From Eledone cirrhosa (Eukaryota): a stretch of 64,000 bases of DNA. The stretch is taken from assembly GCA_964016885.1 (NCBI GenBank), contig OZ024740.1, positions 295,988,001 through 296,052,000 on the forward strand, in the 5' to 3' direction. A model generated the notes under the pieces. That model ran no database searches, was not told where the DNA came from, and was given only the letters and a program-made list of their open reading frames with translations. The position numbers and the translations under genes were made by a program. Positions 48,701 through 61,675 of this stretch are shown here, piece by piece; position 1 is the first letter of the stretch; the number at the start of each line of letters is the position of its first letter.

Positions 48701-51700
48701 ATTATATCGACAGTGAGTGTACCTAAGCATATATTATATAGACAGGAGTGTACCTGAGAATATATTATATAGACAGTGAGTGTATCTAAGATCTAAGTAT
48801 ATATTATATAGACAGTGAGTGTACCTAAGAATATATTATATAGACAGTGAGTGTACCTAAGAATATATTATATAGACAGTGAGTGTACCTAAGAATATAT
48901 TATATAGACAGTGAGTGTACCTAAGAATATATTATATAGACAGTGAGTGTACCTAAGAATATATTATATAGACAGGAGTGTACCTAAAATATATTATATA
49001 GACAGTGAGTGTACATAAGAATATATTATATAGACAGTGAGTGTACCTATGAATATATTATATAGACAGTGAGTGTACCTAACAATATATTATATAGACA
49101 GTGAGTGTACCTAAGAATATATTATATAGACAGTGAGTGTACCTAAGAATATATTATATAGACAGTGAGTGTACCTAAGAATATATTATATAGACAGTGA
49201 CTGTACCTAACAATATATTATATAGATAGTGAATGTACCTAACAATATATTATATAGACAGTGAGTGTACCTAAGAATATATTATATAGACAGTGAATGT
49301 ATCTAACAATATATTATATAGACAGTGAGTGTACTGAGAATATATTATAGAGACAGTGGGTGTAATGAGAATATATTATATAGACAGTGAATGTACCTAA
49401 CAATATATTATATAGACAGTGAGTGTACTGAGAGTATATTATATAGACAGTGAGTGTACTGAGAATATATTATATAGACAGTGAGTGTACTGAGAGTATA
49501 TTATATAGACAGAGAGTGTACTGAGAATGTATTATATAGACAGTGAGTGTACCTAAGAATATATTACATAGACAGTGAGTGTACCAAAGAATATATTATA
49601 TAGACAGTGAGTGTACCTAAGAATATATTATATAGACAGTGAGTGTACTGAGATTATATTATATAGACAGTGAGTGTACCTAAGAATATATTATATAGAC
49701 AGTGTGTGTACCTGAGAATATATTATATAGACAGTGAGTGTACCTAAGAATATATTATATAGACAGTGAGTGTACTGAGATTATATTATATAGACAGTGA
49801 GTGTACCTAAGAATATATTATATAGACAGTGAGTGTACCTGAGAATATATTATATAGACAGTGAGTGTACCTAAGAATATATTATATAGACAGTGAGTGT
49901 ACCTAAGAATATATTATATAGACAGTGAGTGTACCAAATAATATATAATATAGACAGTGAGTCTACCTAAGAATATATTATATAGATAGTGAGTGTACCT
50001 AAGAATATATTATATAGACAGTGAGTGTATCTAAGAATATATTATATAGACAGTGAGTGTATCTAAGAATATATTATATAGACAGTGAGTGTACCTAAGA
50101 ATATATTATATAGATAGTGAGTGTACCTAAGAATATATTATATAGATAGTGAGTGTACCTAAGAATATATTATATAGACAGTGAGTGTATCTAAGAATAT
50201 ATTATATCGACAGTGAGTGTACCTAAGCATATATTATATAGACAGGAGTGTACCTGAGAATATATTATATAGACAGTGAGTGTATCTAAGATCTAAGTAT
50301 ATATTATATAGACAGTGAGTGTACCTAAGAATATATTATATAGACAGTGAGTGTACCTAAGAATATATTATATAGACAGTGAGTGTACCTAAGAATATAT
50401 TATATAGACAGTGAGTGTACCTAAGAATATATTATATAGACAGTGAGTGTACCTAAGAATATATTATATAGACAGGAGTGTACCTAAAATATATTATATA
50501 GACAGTGAGTGTACATAAGAATATATTATATAGACAGTGAGTGTACATAAGAATATATTATATAGACAGTGAGTGTACATAAGAATATATTATATAGACA
50601 GTGAGTGTCCCCGAGAATATATTATATAGACAGTGAGTGTACCTAAGAATATATTATATAGACAGTGAGTGTACCTAAGAATATATTATATAGACAGTGA
50701 GTGTACCTAACAATATATTATATAGACAGTGAGTGTACCTAAGAATATATTATATAGACAGAGATTGTACCTAAGAATATATTATATAGATAGTGAGTGC
50801 ACCTAAGAATATATATTATATAGACAGTGAGTGTACCTAAGAATATATTATATAGACAGTGAATGTACCTAAGAATATATTATATAGATAGTGAGTGTAC
50901 CTCAGAATATATAATATAGACAGTGAGTGTACCTAAGAATATATTATATAGACAGTGACTGTACCTAAGAATATATTATATAGACAGTGAGTGTACCTAA
51001 GAATATATTATATAGACAGTGACTGTACCTAACAATATATTATATAGATAGTGAGTGTACCTAACAATATATTATATAGACAGTGAGTGTACCTAAGAAT
51101 ATATTATATCGACAGTGAATGTATCTAACAATATATTATATAGACAGTGAGTGTACTGAGAGTATATTATATAGACAGTGAGTGTACTGAGAATATATTA
51201 TATAGACAGTGAGTGTACCTAAGAATATATTACATAGACAGTGAGTGTACCTAAGAATATATTATATAGACAGTGAGTGTACTGAGAATATATTATATAG
51301 ACAGTAAGTGTACCTAAGAATATATTATATAGACAGTGTGTGTACCTAAGAATATATTATATAGACAGTGAGTGTACCTAAGAATATTTTATATAGACAG
51401 TGAGTGTACCTGAGAATATATTATATAGACAGTGAGTGTACCTATGAATATATTATATAGACAGTGAGTGTACCTAAGAATATATTATATAGACAGTGAG
51501 CGTACCAAATAATATATTATATAGACAGTGAGTCTACCTAAGAATATATTATATAGATAGTGAGTGTACCTAAGAATATATTATATAGACAGTGAGTGTA
51601 TCTTAGAATATATTATATAGACAGTGAGTGTATCTAAGAATATATTATATAGACAGTGAGTGTACCTAAGAATATATTATATAGATAGTGAGTGTACCTA

Positions 51701-54700
51701 AGAATATATTATATAGATAGTGAGTGTACCTAAGAATATATTATATAGACAGTGAGTGTATCTAAGAATATATTATATAGACAGTGAGTGTACCTAAGCA
51801 TATATTATATAGACAGGAGTGTACCTGAGAATATATTATATAGACAGTGAATGTATCTAAGATCTAAGTATATATTATATAGACAGTGAGTGTACCTAAG
51901 AATATATTATATAGACAGTGAGTGTACCTAAGAATATATTATATAGACAGTGAGTGTACCTAAGAATATATTATATAGACAGCGAGTGTACCTAAAATAT
52001 ATTATATAGACAGTGAGTGTACATAAGAATATATTATATAGACAGTGAGTGTACCTATGAATATATTATATAGACAGTGAGTGTACCTAACAATATATTA
52101 TATAGACAGTGAGTGTACCTAAGAATATATTATATAGACAGTGAGTGTACCTAAGAATATATTATATAGACAGTGACTGTAGCTAACAATATATTATATA
52201 GATAGTGAGTGTACCTAACAATATATTATATAGACAGTGAGTGTACCTAAGAATATATTATATAGACAGTGAATGTATCTAACAATATATTATATAGACA
52301 GTGAGTGTACTGAGAATATATTATAGAGACAGTGAGTGTAATGAGAATGTATTATATAGACAATGAATGTACCTAACAATATATTATATAGACAGTGAGT
52401 GTACTGAGAGTATATTATATAGACAGTGAGTGTACTGAGAATATATTATATAGACAGTGACTGTACCTAAGAATATATTACATAGACAGTGAGTGTACCT
52501 AAGAATATATTATATAGACAGTGAGTGTACCTAAGAATATATTATATAGACAGTGAGTGTACTGAGAATATATTATATAGACAGTGAGTGTACCTAAGAA
52601 TATATTATATAGACAGTGAGTGTACCTAAGAATATATTATATAGACAGCGAGTGTACCTAAAATATATTATATAGACAGTGAGTGTACATAAGAATATAT
52701 TATATAGACAGTGAGTGTACCTAAGAATATATTATATAGACAGTGAGTGTACCTAACAATATATTATATAGACAGTGAGTGTACCTAAGAATATATTATA
52801 TAGACAGTGAGTGTACCTAAGTATATATTATATAGTCAGTGATTGTACCTAAGAATTTATTATATAGACAGTGAGTGTACCTAAGAATATATTATATAGA
52901 CAGTGAGTGTACCTAACAATATATTATATAGACAGTGAGTGTACCTAAGAATATATTATATAGACAGTGAGTGTACCTAAGAATATATTATATAGACAGT
53001 GAGTGTACCTAAGAATATATTATATAGACAGTGAGTGTACCTAAGAATATATTATATAGACAGTGAGTGTACCTAAGAATATATTATATAGACAGTGAGT
53101 CTACCTAAGAATATATTATATAGACAGTGAGTGTACCTAAGAATATATTATATAGACAGTGAGTGTACCTAAGAATATATTATATAGACAGTGAGTGTAC
53201 CTAAGAATATATTATATAGACAGTGAGTGTATCTAACAATATATTATATAGACAGTGAGTGTACTGAGAATATATTTTATAGACAGTGAGTGTAATGAGA
53301 ATATTTCATATAGACAGTGAATGTACCTAACAATATATTATATAGACAGTGAGTGTACTGAGAATATATTATATAGACAGTGAGTGTACTGAGAATATAT
53401 TATATAGACAGTGAGTGTACCTAAGAATATATTATATAGACAGTGAGTGTACCTAAGAATATATTATATAGACAGTGAGTGTACCTAAGAATATAGTATA
53501 TTGACAGTGAGTGTACCTAAGAATATATTATATAGACAGTTAGTGTTCCTAAGAATATATTATATAGATAGTGAGTGTACCTAAGAATATTTTATATAGA
53601 CAGTGAGTGTACCTAATAATATATTATATAGACAGTGAGTGTACCTAACTATATATTATATAGACAGTGAATGTATCCAAGAATATATTATATAGACAGT
53701 GATTGTACCTAAGAATATATTATATAGACAGTGACTGGACCTAATAATATATTATATAGACAGTGAATGTATCTAAGAATATATTATATAGACAGTGACT
53801 GTACCTAAGAATATATTATATAGACAGTGAGTGTATTGAGAATATATTATTTAGACAGTGAGTAGCTAAGAATATATTATATAGACAGTGAGTGTACCTA
53901 AGAATATATTATATAGACAGTGAGTGTACCTAAGAATATATTATATAGACAGTGAGTGTACCTGAGAATATATTATATAGACAGTGAGTGTATCTAAGAA
54001 TATATTATATAGACAGTGAGTTTACTGAGAATATATTATATAGACAGCCAGTGTACCTAAGAATATATTATATAGACAGTGAGTTTCCCCGAGAATATAT
54101 TATATAGACAATGAGTGTACCTAAGAATATATTATATAGACAGTGAGTGTACCTAAGAATATATTATATAGACAGTGAGTGTACCTAACAATATATTATA
54201 TAGACAGTGAGTGTACCTAAGAATATATTATATAGACAGTGAGTGTACCTAAGAATATATTATATAGATAGTGAGTGCACCTAAGAATATATTATAGAGA
54301 CAGTGAGTGTACCTAAGAATATATTATATAGACAGTGAGTGTACTGAGAATATATTATATAGACAGTAAGTGTACCTAAGAATATATTATATAGACAGTG
54401 TGTGTACCTAAGAATATATTATATAGACAGTGAGTGTACCTAAGAATATATTATATAGACAGTGAGTGTACCTGAGAATATATTATATAGACAGTGAGTG
54501 TACCTATGAATATATTATATAGACAGTGAGTGTACCTAAGAATATATTATATAGACAGTGAGCGTACCAAATAATATATTATATAGACAGTGAGTCTACC
54601 TAAGAATATATTATATAGATAGTGAGTGTACCTAAGAATATATTATATAGACAGTGAGTGTATCTTAGAATATATTATATAGACAGTGAGTGTATCTAAG

Positions 54701-57700
54701 AATATATTATATAGACAGTGAGTGTACCTAAGAATATATTATATAGATAGTGAGTGTACCTAAGAATATATTATATAGATAGTGAGTGTACCTAAGAATA
54801 TATTATATAGACAGTGAGTGTATCTAAGAATATATTATATAGACAGTGAGTGTACCTAAGCATATATTATATAGACAGGAGTGTACCTGAGAATATATTA
54901 TATAGACAGTGAATGTATCTAAGATCTAAGTATATATTATATAGACAGTGAGTGTACCTAAGAATATATTATATAGACAGTGAGTGTACCTAAGAATATA
55001 TTATATAGACAGTGAGTGTACCTAAGAATATATTATATAGACAGCGAGTGTACCTAAAATATATTATATAGACAGTGAGTGTACATAAGAATATATTATA
55101 TAGACAGTGAGTGTACCTATGAATATATTATATAGACAGTGAGTGTACCTAACAATATATTATATAGACAGTGAGTGTACCTAAGAATATATTATATAGA
55201 CAGTGAGTGTACCTAAGAATATATTATATAGACAGTGACTGTAGCTAACAATATATTATATAGATAGTGAGTGTACCTAACAATATATTATATAGACAGT
55301 GAGTGTACCTAAGAATATATTATATAGACAGTGAATGTATCTAACAATATATTATATAGACAGTGAGTGTACTGAGAATATATTATAGAGACAGTGAGTG
55401 TAATGAGAATATATTATATAGACAATGAATGTACCTAACAATATATTATATAGACAGTGAGTGTACTGAGAGTATATTATATAGACAGTGAGTGTACTGA
55501 GAATATATTATATAGACAGTGACTGTACCTAAGAATATATTACATAGACAGTGAGTGTACCTAAGAATATATTATATAGACAGTGAGTGTACCTAAGAAT
55601 ATATTATATAGACAGTGAGTGTACTGAGAATATATTATATAGACAGTGAGTGTACCTAAGAATATATTATATAGACAGTGAGTGTACCTAAGAATATATT
55701 ATATAGACAGCGAGTGTACCTAAAATATATTATATAGACAGTGAGTGTACCTAAGAATATATTATATAGACAGTGAGTGTACCTAAGAATATATTATATA
55801 GACAGTGAGTGTACCTAACAATATATTATATAGACAGTGAGTGTACCTAAGAATATATTATATAGACAGTGAGTGTACCTAAGAATATATTATATAGTCA
55901 GTGATTGTACCTAAGAATTTATTATATAGACAGTGAGTGTACCTAAGAATATATTATATAGACAGTGAGTGTACCTAACAATATATTATATAGACAGTGA
56001 GTGTACCTAAGAATATATTATATAGACAGTGAGTGTACCTAAGAATATATTATATAGACAGTGAGTGTACCTAAGAATATATTATATAGACAGTGAGTGT
56101 ACCTAAGAATATATTATATAGACAGTGAGTGTACCTAAGAATATATTATATAGACAGTGAGTCTACCTAAGAATATATTATATAGACAGTGAGTGTATCT
56201 AAGAATATATTATATAGACAGTGAGTGTACCTAAGAATATATTATATAGACAGTGAGTGTACCTAAGAATATATTATATAGACAGTGAGTGTATCTAACA
56301 ATATATTATATAGACAGTGAGTGTACTGAGAATATATTTTATAGACAGTGAGTGTAATGAGAATATTTCATATAGACAGTGAATGTACCTAACAATATAT
56401 TATATAGACAGTGAGTGTACTGAGAATATATTATATAGACAGTGAGTGTACTGAGAATATATTATATAGACAGTGAGTGTACCTAAGAATATATTATATA
56501 GACAGTGAGTGTACCTAAGAATATATTATATAGACAGTGAGTGTACCTAAGAATATATTATATAGACAGTGAGTATACCTAAGAATATATTATATAGACA
56601 GTTAGTGTTCCTAAGAATATATTATATAGATAGTGAGTGTACCTAAGAATATTTTATATAGACAGTGAGTGTACCTAATAATATATTATATAGACAGTGA
56701 GTGTACCTAACTATATATTATATAGACAGTGAATGTATCCAAGAATATATTATATAGACAGTGATTGTACCTAAGAATATATTATATAGACAGTGACTGG
56801 ACCTAATAATATATTATATAGACAGTGAATGTATCTAAGAATATATTATATAGACAGTGACTGTACCTAAGAATATATTATATAGACAGTGAGTGTATTG
56901 AGAATATATTATTTAGACAGTGAGTAGCTAAGAATATATTATATAGACAGTGAGTGTACCTAAGAATATATTATATAGACAGTGAGTGTACCTAAGAATA
57001 TATTATATAGACAGTGAGTGTACCTGAGAATATATTATATAGACAGTGAGTGTATCTAAGAATATATTATATAGACAGTGAGTTTACTGAGAATATATTA
57101 TATAGACAGCCAGTGTACCTAAGAATATATTATATAGACAGTGAGTGTCCCCGAGAATATATTATATAGACAATGAGTGTACCTAAGAATATATTATATA
57201 GACAGTGAGTGTACCTAAGAATATATTATATAGACAGTGAGTGTACCTAACAATATATTATATAGACAGTGAGTGTACCTAACAATATATTATATAGACA
57301 GTGAGTGTACCTAAGAATATATTATATAGATAGTGAGTGCACCTAAGAATATATTATAGAGACAGTGAGTGTACCTAAGAATATATTATATAGACAGTGA
57401 ATGTACCTAAGAATATATTATATAGATAGTGAGTGTACCTCAGAATATATAATATAGACAGTGAGTGTACCTAAGAATATATTATATAGACAGTGACTGT
57501 ACCTAAGAATATATTATATAGACAGTGAGTGTACCTAAGATTATATTATATAGACAGTGACTCTACCTAAGAATATATTATATAGACAGTGAATGTACCT
57601 AAGAATATATTACATAGACAGTGAGTGTACCTAAGAATATATTATATAGACAGTGGATGTATCTAACAATATATTATATAGACAGTGAATGTATCTAACA

Positions 57701-59163
57701 ATATATTATATAGACAGTGAGTGTACTGAGAGTATATTATATAGACAGTGAGTGTACTGAGAATGTATTATATAGACAGTGAGTGTACCTAAGAATATAT
57801 TACATAGACAGTGAGTGTACCAAAGAATATATTATATAGACAGTGAGTGTACCTAAGAATATATTATATAGACAGTGAGTGTACTGAGATTATATTATAT
57901 AGACAGTGAGTGTACCTAAGAATATATTATATAGACAGTGTGTGTACCTAAGAATATATTATATAGACAGTGAGTGTACCTAAGAATATATTATATAGAC
58001 AGTGAGTGTACCTGAGAATATATTATATAGACAGTGAGTGTACCTAAGAATATATTATATAGACAGTGAGTGTACCTAAGAATATATTATATAGACAGTG
58101 AGTGTACCAAATAATATATTATATAGACAGTGAGTCTACCTAAGAATATATTATATAGATAGTGAGTGTACCTAAGAATATATTATATAGACAGTGAGTG
58201 TATCTAAGAATATATTATATAGACAGTGAGTGTATCTAAGAATATATTATATAGACAGTGAGTGTACCTAAGAATATATTATATAGATAGTGAGTGTACC
58301 TAAGAATATATTATATAGATAGTGAGTGTACCTAAGAATATATTATATAGACAGTGAGTGTATCTAAGAATATATTATATCGACAGTGAGTGTACCTAAG
58401 CATATATTATATAGACAGGAGTGTACCTGAGAATATATTATATAGACAGTGAGTGTATCTAAGATCTAAGTATATATTATATAGACAGTGAGTGTACCTA
58501 AGAATATATTATATAGACAGTGAGTGTACCTAAGAATATATTATATAGACAGTGAGTGTACCTAAGAATATATTATATAGACAGTGAGTGTACCTAAGAA
58601 TATATTATATAGACAGTGAGTGTACCTAAGAATATATTATATAGACAGGAGTGTACCTAAAATATATTATATAGACAGTGAGTGTACATAAGAATATATT
58701 ATATAGACAGTGAGTGTACCTATGAATATATTATATAGACAGTGAGTGTACCTAACAATATATTATATAGACAGTGAGTGTACCTAAGAATATATTATAT
58801 AGACAGTGAGTGTACCTAAGAATATATTATATAGACAGTGAGTGTACCTAAGAATATATTATATAGACAGTGACTGTACCTAACAATATATTATATAGAT
58901 AGTGAATGTACCTAACAATATATTATATAGACAGTGAGTGTACCTAAGAATATATTATATAGACAGTGAATGTATCTAACAATATATTATATAGACAGTG
59001 AGTGTACTGAGAATATATTATAGAGACAGTGGGTGTAATGAGAATATATTATATAGACAGTGAATGTACCTAACAATATATTATATAGACAGTGAGTGTA
59101 CTGAGAGTATATTATATAGACAGTGAGTGTACTGAGAATATATTATATAGACAGTGAGTGTAC
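39791..59163. repeat. 9,673-bp direct tandem duplication inside the satellite (copy 1 ~39791-49490, copy 2 ~49464-59163)
   Basis: Rare variants recur at exactly +9673: gacagagag 39835/49508; cagtgtgtgtacctgag 40027/49700; tagtatattg 43821/53494; tttccccgag 44411/54084; gactctacc 47886/57559; cagtgggtgtaatg 49354/59027; AGATCT 40616/50289, 42187/51860, 45249/54922, 48789/58462. Confidence 0.93.
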
Positions 59164-60769
59164 CTAAGAATATATTACATAGACAGTGAGTGTACCTAAG
59201 AATATATTATATAGACAGTGAGTGTACCTAAGAATATATTATATAGACAGTGAGTGTACTGAGAATATATTATATAGACAGTGAGTGTACCTAAGAATAT
59301 ATTATATAGACAGTGAGTGTACCTAAGAATATATTATATAGACAGTGAGTGTACCTGAGAATATATTATATAGACAGTGAGTGTACCTAAGCATATATTA
59401 TATAGACAGGAGTGTACCTGAGAATATATTATATATACAGTGAGTGTATCTAAGATCTAAGAATATATTATATAGACTGAGTTTACTGAGAATATATTAT
59501 ATAGACAGCCAGTGTACCTAAGAATATATTATATAGACAGTGAGTGTACCCGAGAATATATATAGACAGTGAGTGTACCTAAGAATATATTATATAGACA
59601 GTGAGTGTACCTAAGAATATATTATATAGACAGTGAGTGTACCTAAGAATATATTATAGAGACAGTGAGTGTACCTAAGAATATATTATATAGACAGTGA
59701 GTGTACCTAAGAATATATTATATAGACAGTGAGTGTACCTAAAATATATTATATAGACAGTGAGTGTACATAAGAATATATTATATAGACAGTGAGTGTA
59801 CCTAAGAATATATTATATAGACAGTGAGTGTACCTAAGAATATATTATATAGACAGTGAGTGTACCTAAGAATATATTATATAGACAGTGAGTTACCTAA
59901 GAATATATTATATAGACAGTGAGTGTACCTAAGATTATATTATATAGACAGTGAGTGTACCTAAGAATATATTATATAGACAGTGAATGTACCTAAGAAT
60001 ATATTATATAGATAGTGAGTGTACCTCAGAATATATTATATAGACAGTGAGTGTACCTAAGAATATATTATATAGACAGTGAGTGTACCTAAGAATATAT
60101 TATATAGACAGTGAGTGTACCTAAGAATATATTATATAGACAGTGAGTGTACCTAAGAATATATTATATAGACAGTGAGTGTACCTAAGAATATATTATA
60201 TAGACAGTGAGTGTACCTAAGAATATATTAAATAGACAGTGAGTGTACCTAAGAATATATTATATAGACAGTGAGTGTACCTCAGAATATATTATATAGA
60301 CAGTGAGTGTACCTCAGAATATATTATATAGACAGTGAGTGTACCTGAGAATATATTATATAGACAGTGAGTGTACCTAAGAATATATTATATAGACAGT
60401 GAGTGTACCTGAGAATATATTATATAGACAGTGAGTGTACCTGAGAACACTCAATATAGACAGAGAGTGTATATGAGAACATATGCAATGCGTCCATTTA
60501 AGCTGTTAGAGCGATATTTGCGCTGGAGTGGATGTGAAGGGGATGCTCCAGTAACTCTTTGAGGATCAGGTGGTTGCTTAAATTTTGAAGGTAAAATATG
60601 TTTAGTTTTCTGATTAACGGTATATATATTTTGATTTTTGGGGAAGGGGTTATTGATTTAATGTTGACGAAATGTATATTGCAAAATGTATATTGCAAGT
60701 TCTGTTCGTTTGGGGCTAACTTGGAGCTAAATAACAACATACAGATAACAGCCTAGTAATAAGGCTCTC

Positions 60770-61164
60770 CAAAGTTTTGTGCTGAAATATGTAAACATTG
60801 CATTTCTGACTGATTAAAATTTTGACCATATTTTCTTATTAAATATAGTAATTAGGGTATATATATATATTTTAACATCAGTATGTATTATTTCATCAAC
60901 ATTGTCAGCAGACTTTGAAAATGTTTTCGACTGCTACTTGACTATTTGTTTAGAGCAAAAGCAATTTACAATTCTATTAATATAAAAGTTGCTCCAATAA
61001 AAAAAAGACCAGGCTCCATGCTCATTGAATGAACTCTCTGGTCTCAAATAATGGCCCCTTCCCCCGCTTATTAATATTTTAGATTTATTTCCACACCCCG
61101 CTCATATTCTAGCCATTCCCGCTGATCAAATGTTGGTAATCTATCTCCCTCGAAAGTTTATTTT
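60770..61164 (+). repeat. Left arm of a 395-bp long inverted repeat
   Basis: caaagttttgtgctgaaat...ctatctccctcgaaagtttatttt is the reverse complement of 62822-63216. Manual alignment gave 9 substitutions and no indels (~97.7%), with (TA)6 in both arms. Confidence 0.97.
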
Positions 61165-61675
61165 AAGTGGTAGCATTCATGCGATAATTAATTTTCTTTA
61201 TACACTAAAAACACTATACATGACAAAAAGAGAGCATTACTAGAAATCCCATGCGGTATAAAGTAAATAGAATAGGTTTGGGTATCAGTATGTAAACTTA
61301 ACGACTGATTCTGATTTTTAAAAAATCAATGGAAATAACCGAGAAAAATTAGGGAGTAGCCCCCTCCCTCCATATTTGGACCCGAAAATATTTTCTTTCA
61401 TTTTTTTTGTAAGAGAGGATTATAGTTTATAGAATTATCCTCAATATTACTTGTATCCTCAATATGTGTAGGGTCTCAAGGGTTCATTTTAGGCAAAAAG
61501 CTAAATCCATGTCCGCAGGGGCTCATTCAAGAGAGCTACAATAAGTACTTTAAATTCTTCGATTCCTCTCTCTTTCTGACTATTTTAATGATGGACACAA
61601 CCTAGAAACATTACAGATTTTCTACCCATTCCCCGCTTATTTCACCCCACTCCTTATTAATTGGGACCCGAGAGT
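61033..61675. mobile_element. Degenerate non-autonomous DNA transposon (MITE-like, possibly Tc1/mariner-type); may be two nested or adjacent elements
   Basis: Left end actctctggtctcaaataat (61033-61052) matches the reverse complement of the right end attaattgggacccgagagt (61656-61675) at 17/20. The right end finishes in TA (61675-61676), while the left has AA (61032-61033). A third worn end, atttggacccgaaaata, is at 61374-61390. A CCCGCTNAT motif recurs near 61063, 61097, 61118 and 61632. No transposase ORF. Confidence 0.6.

Larger units (their letters stand above)
1..60485. repeat. Tandem satellite DNA array, 32-bp monomer GACAGTGAGTGTACCTAAGAATATATTATATA, with 30/31-bp deletion variants and 34/39-bp insertion variants; continues past the left window edge
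   Basis: GACAG recurs at exact 32-bp spacing (e.g. 1261/1293; 7161/7193/7225/7257). All copies are in one orientation and I saw no unique spacers or insertions. Stop codons (TGA, TAA, TAG) occur in each monomer and the ORF track has nothing here. The array decays over the last two monomers (60427-60490). Confidence 0.99.

Noticed and set aside
1-60485. CRISPR array (repeat length 32 bp is in the CRISPR range)
   Set aside because: Monomers abut directly with no unique spacers, there are no cas genes or leader, and the flank is eukaryotic (SINE, microsatellite).
1-60485. Repetitive protein-coding gene or telomeric repeat
   Set aside because: The unit is not a multiple of 3 and has stops on both strands, and the ORF track is empty here. 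There is no G-rich telomerase-type motif such as TTAGGG.
60488-60596. Short + ORF MRPFKLLERYLRWSGCEGDAPVTL* and donor-like aag|gtaaaa next to the array edge
   Set aside because: 24 codons, a weak donor and no acceptor or promoter evidence; not distinguishable from chance.
60498-60740. 80-aa minus-strand ORF (MLLFSSKL...)
   Set aside because: Short, with I/N/K/L-biased composition from AT-rich DNA and no recognisable domain.
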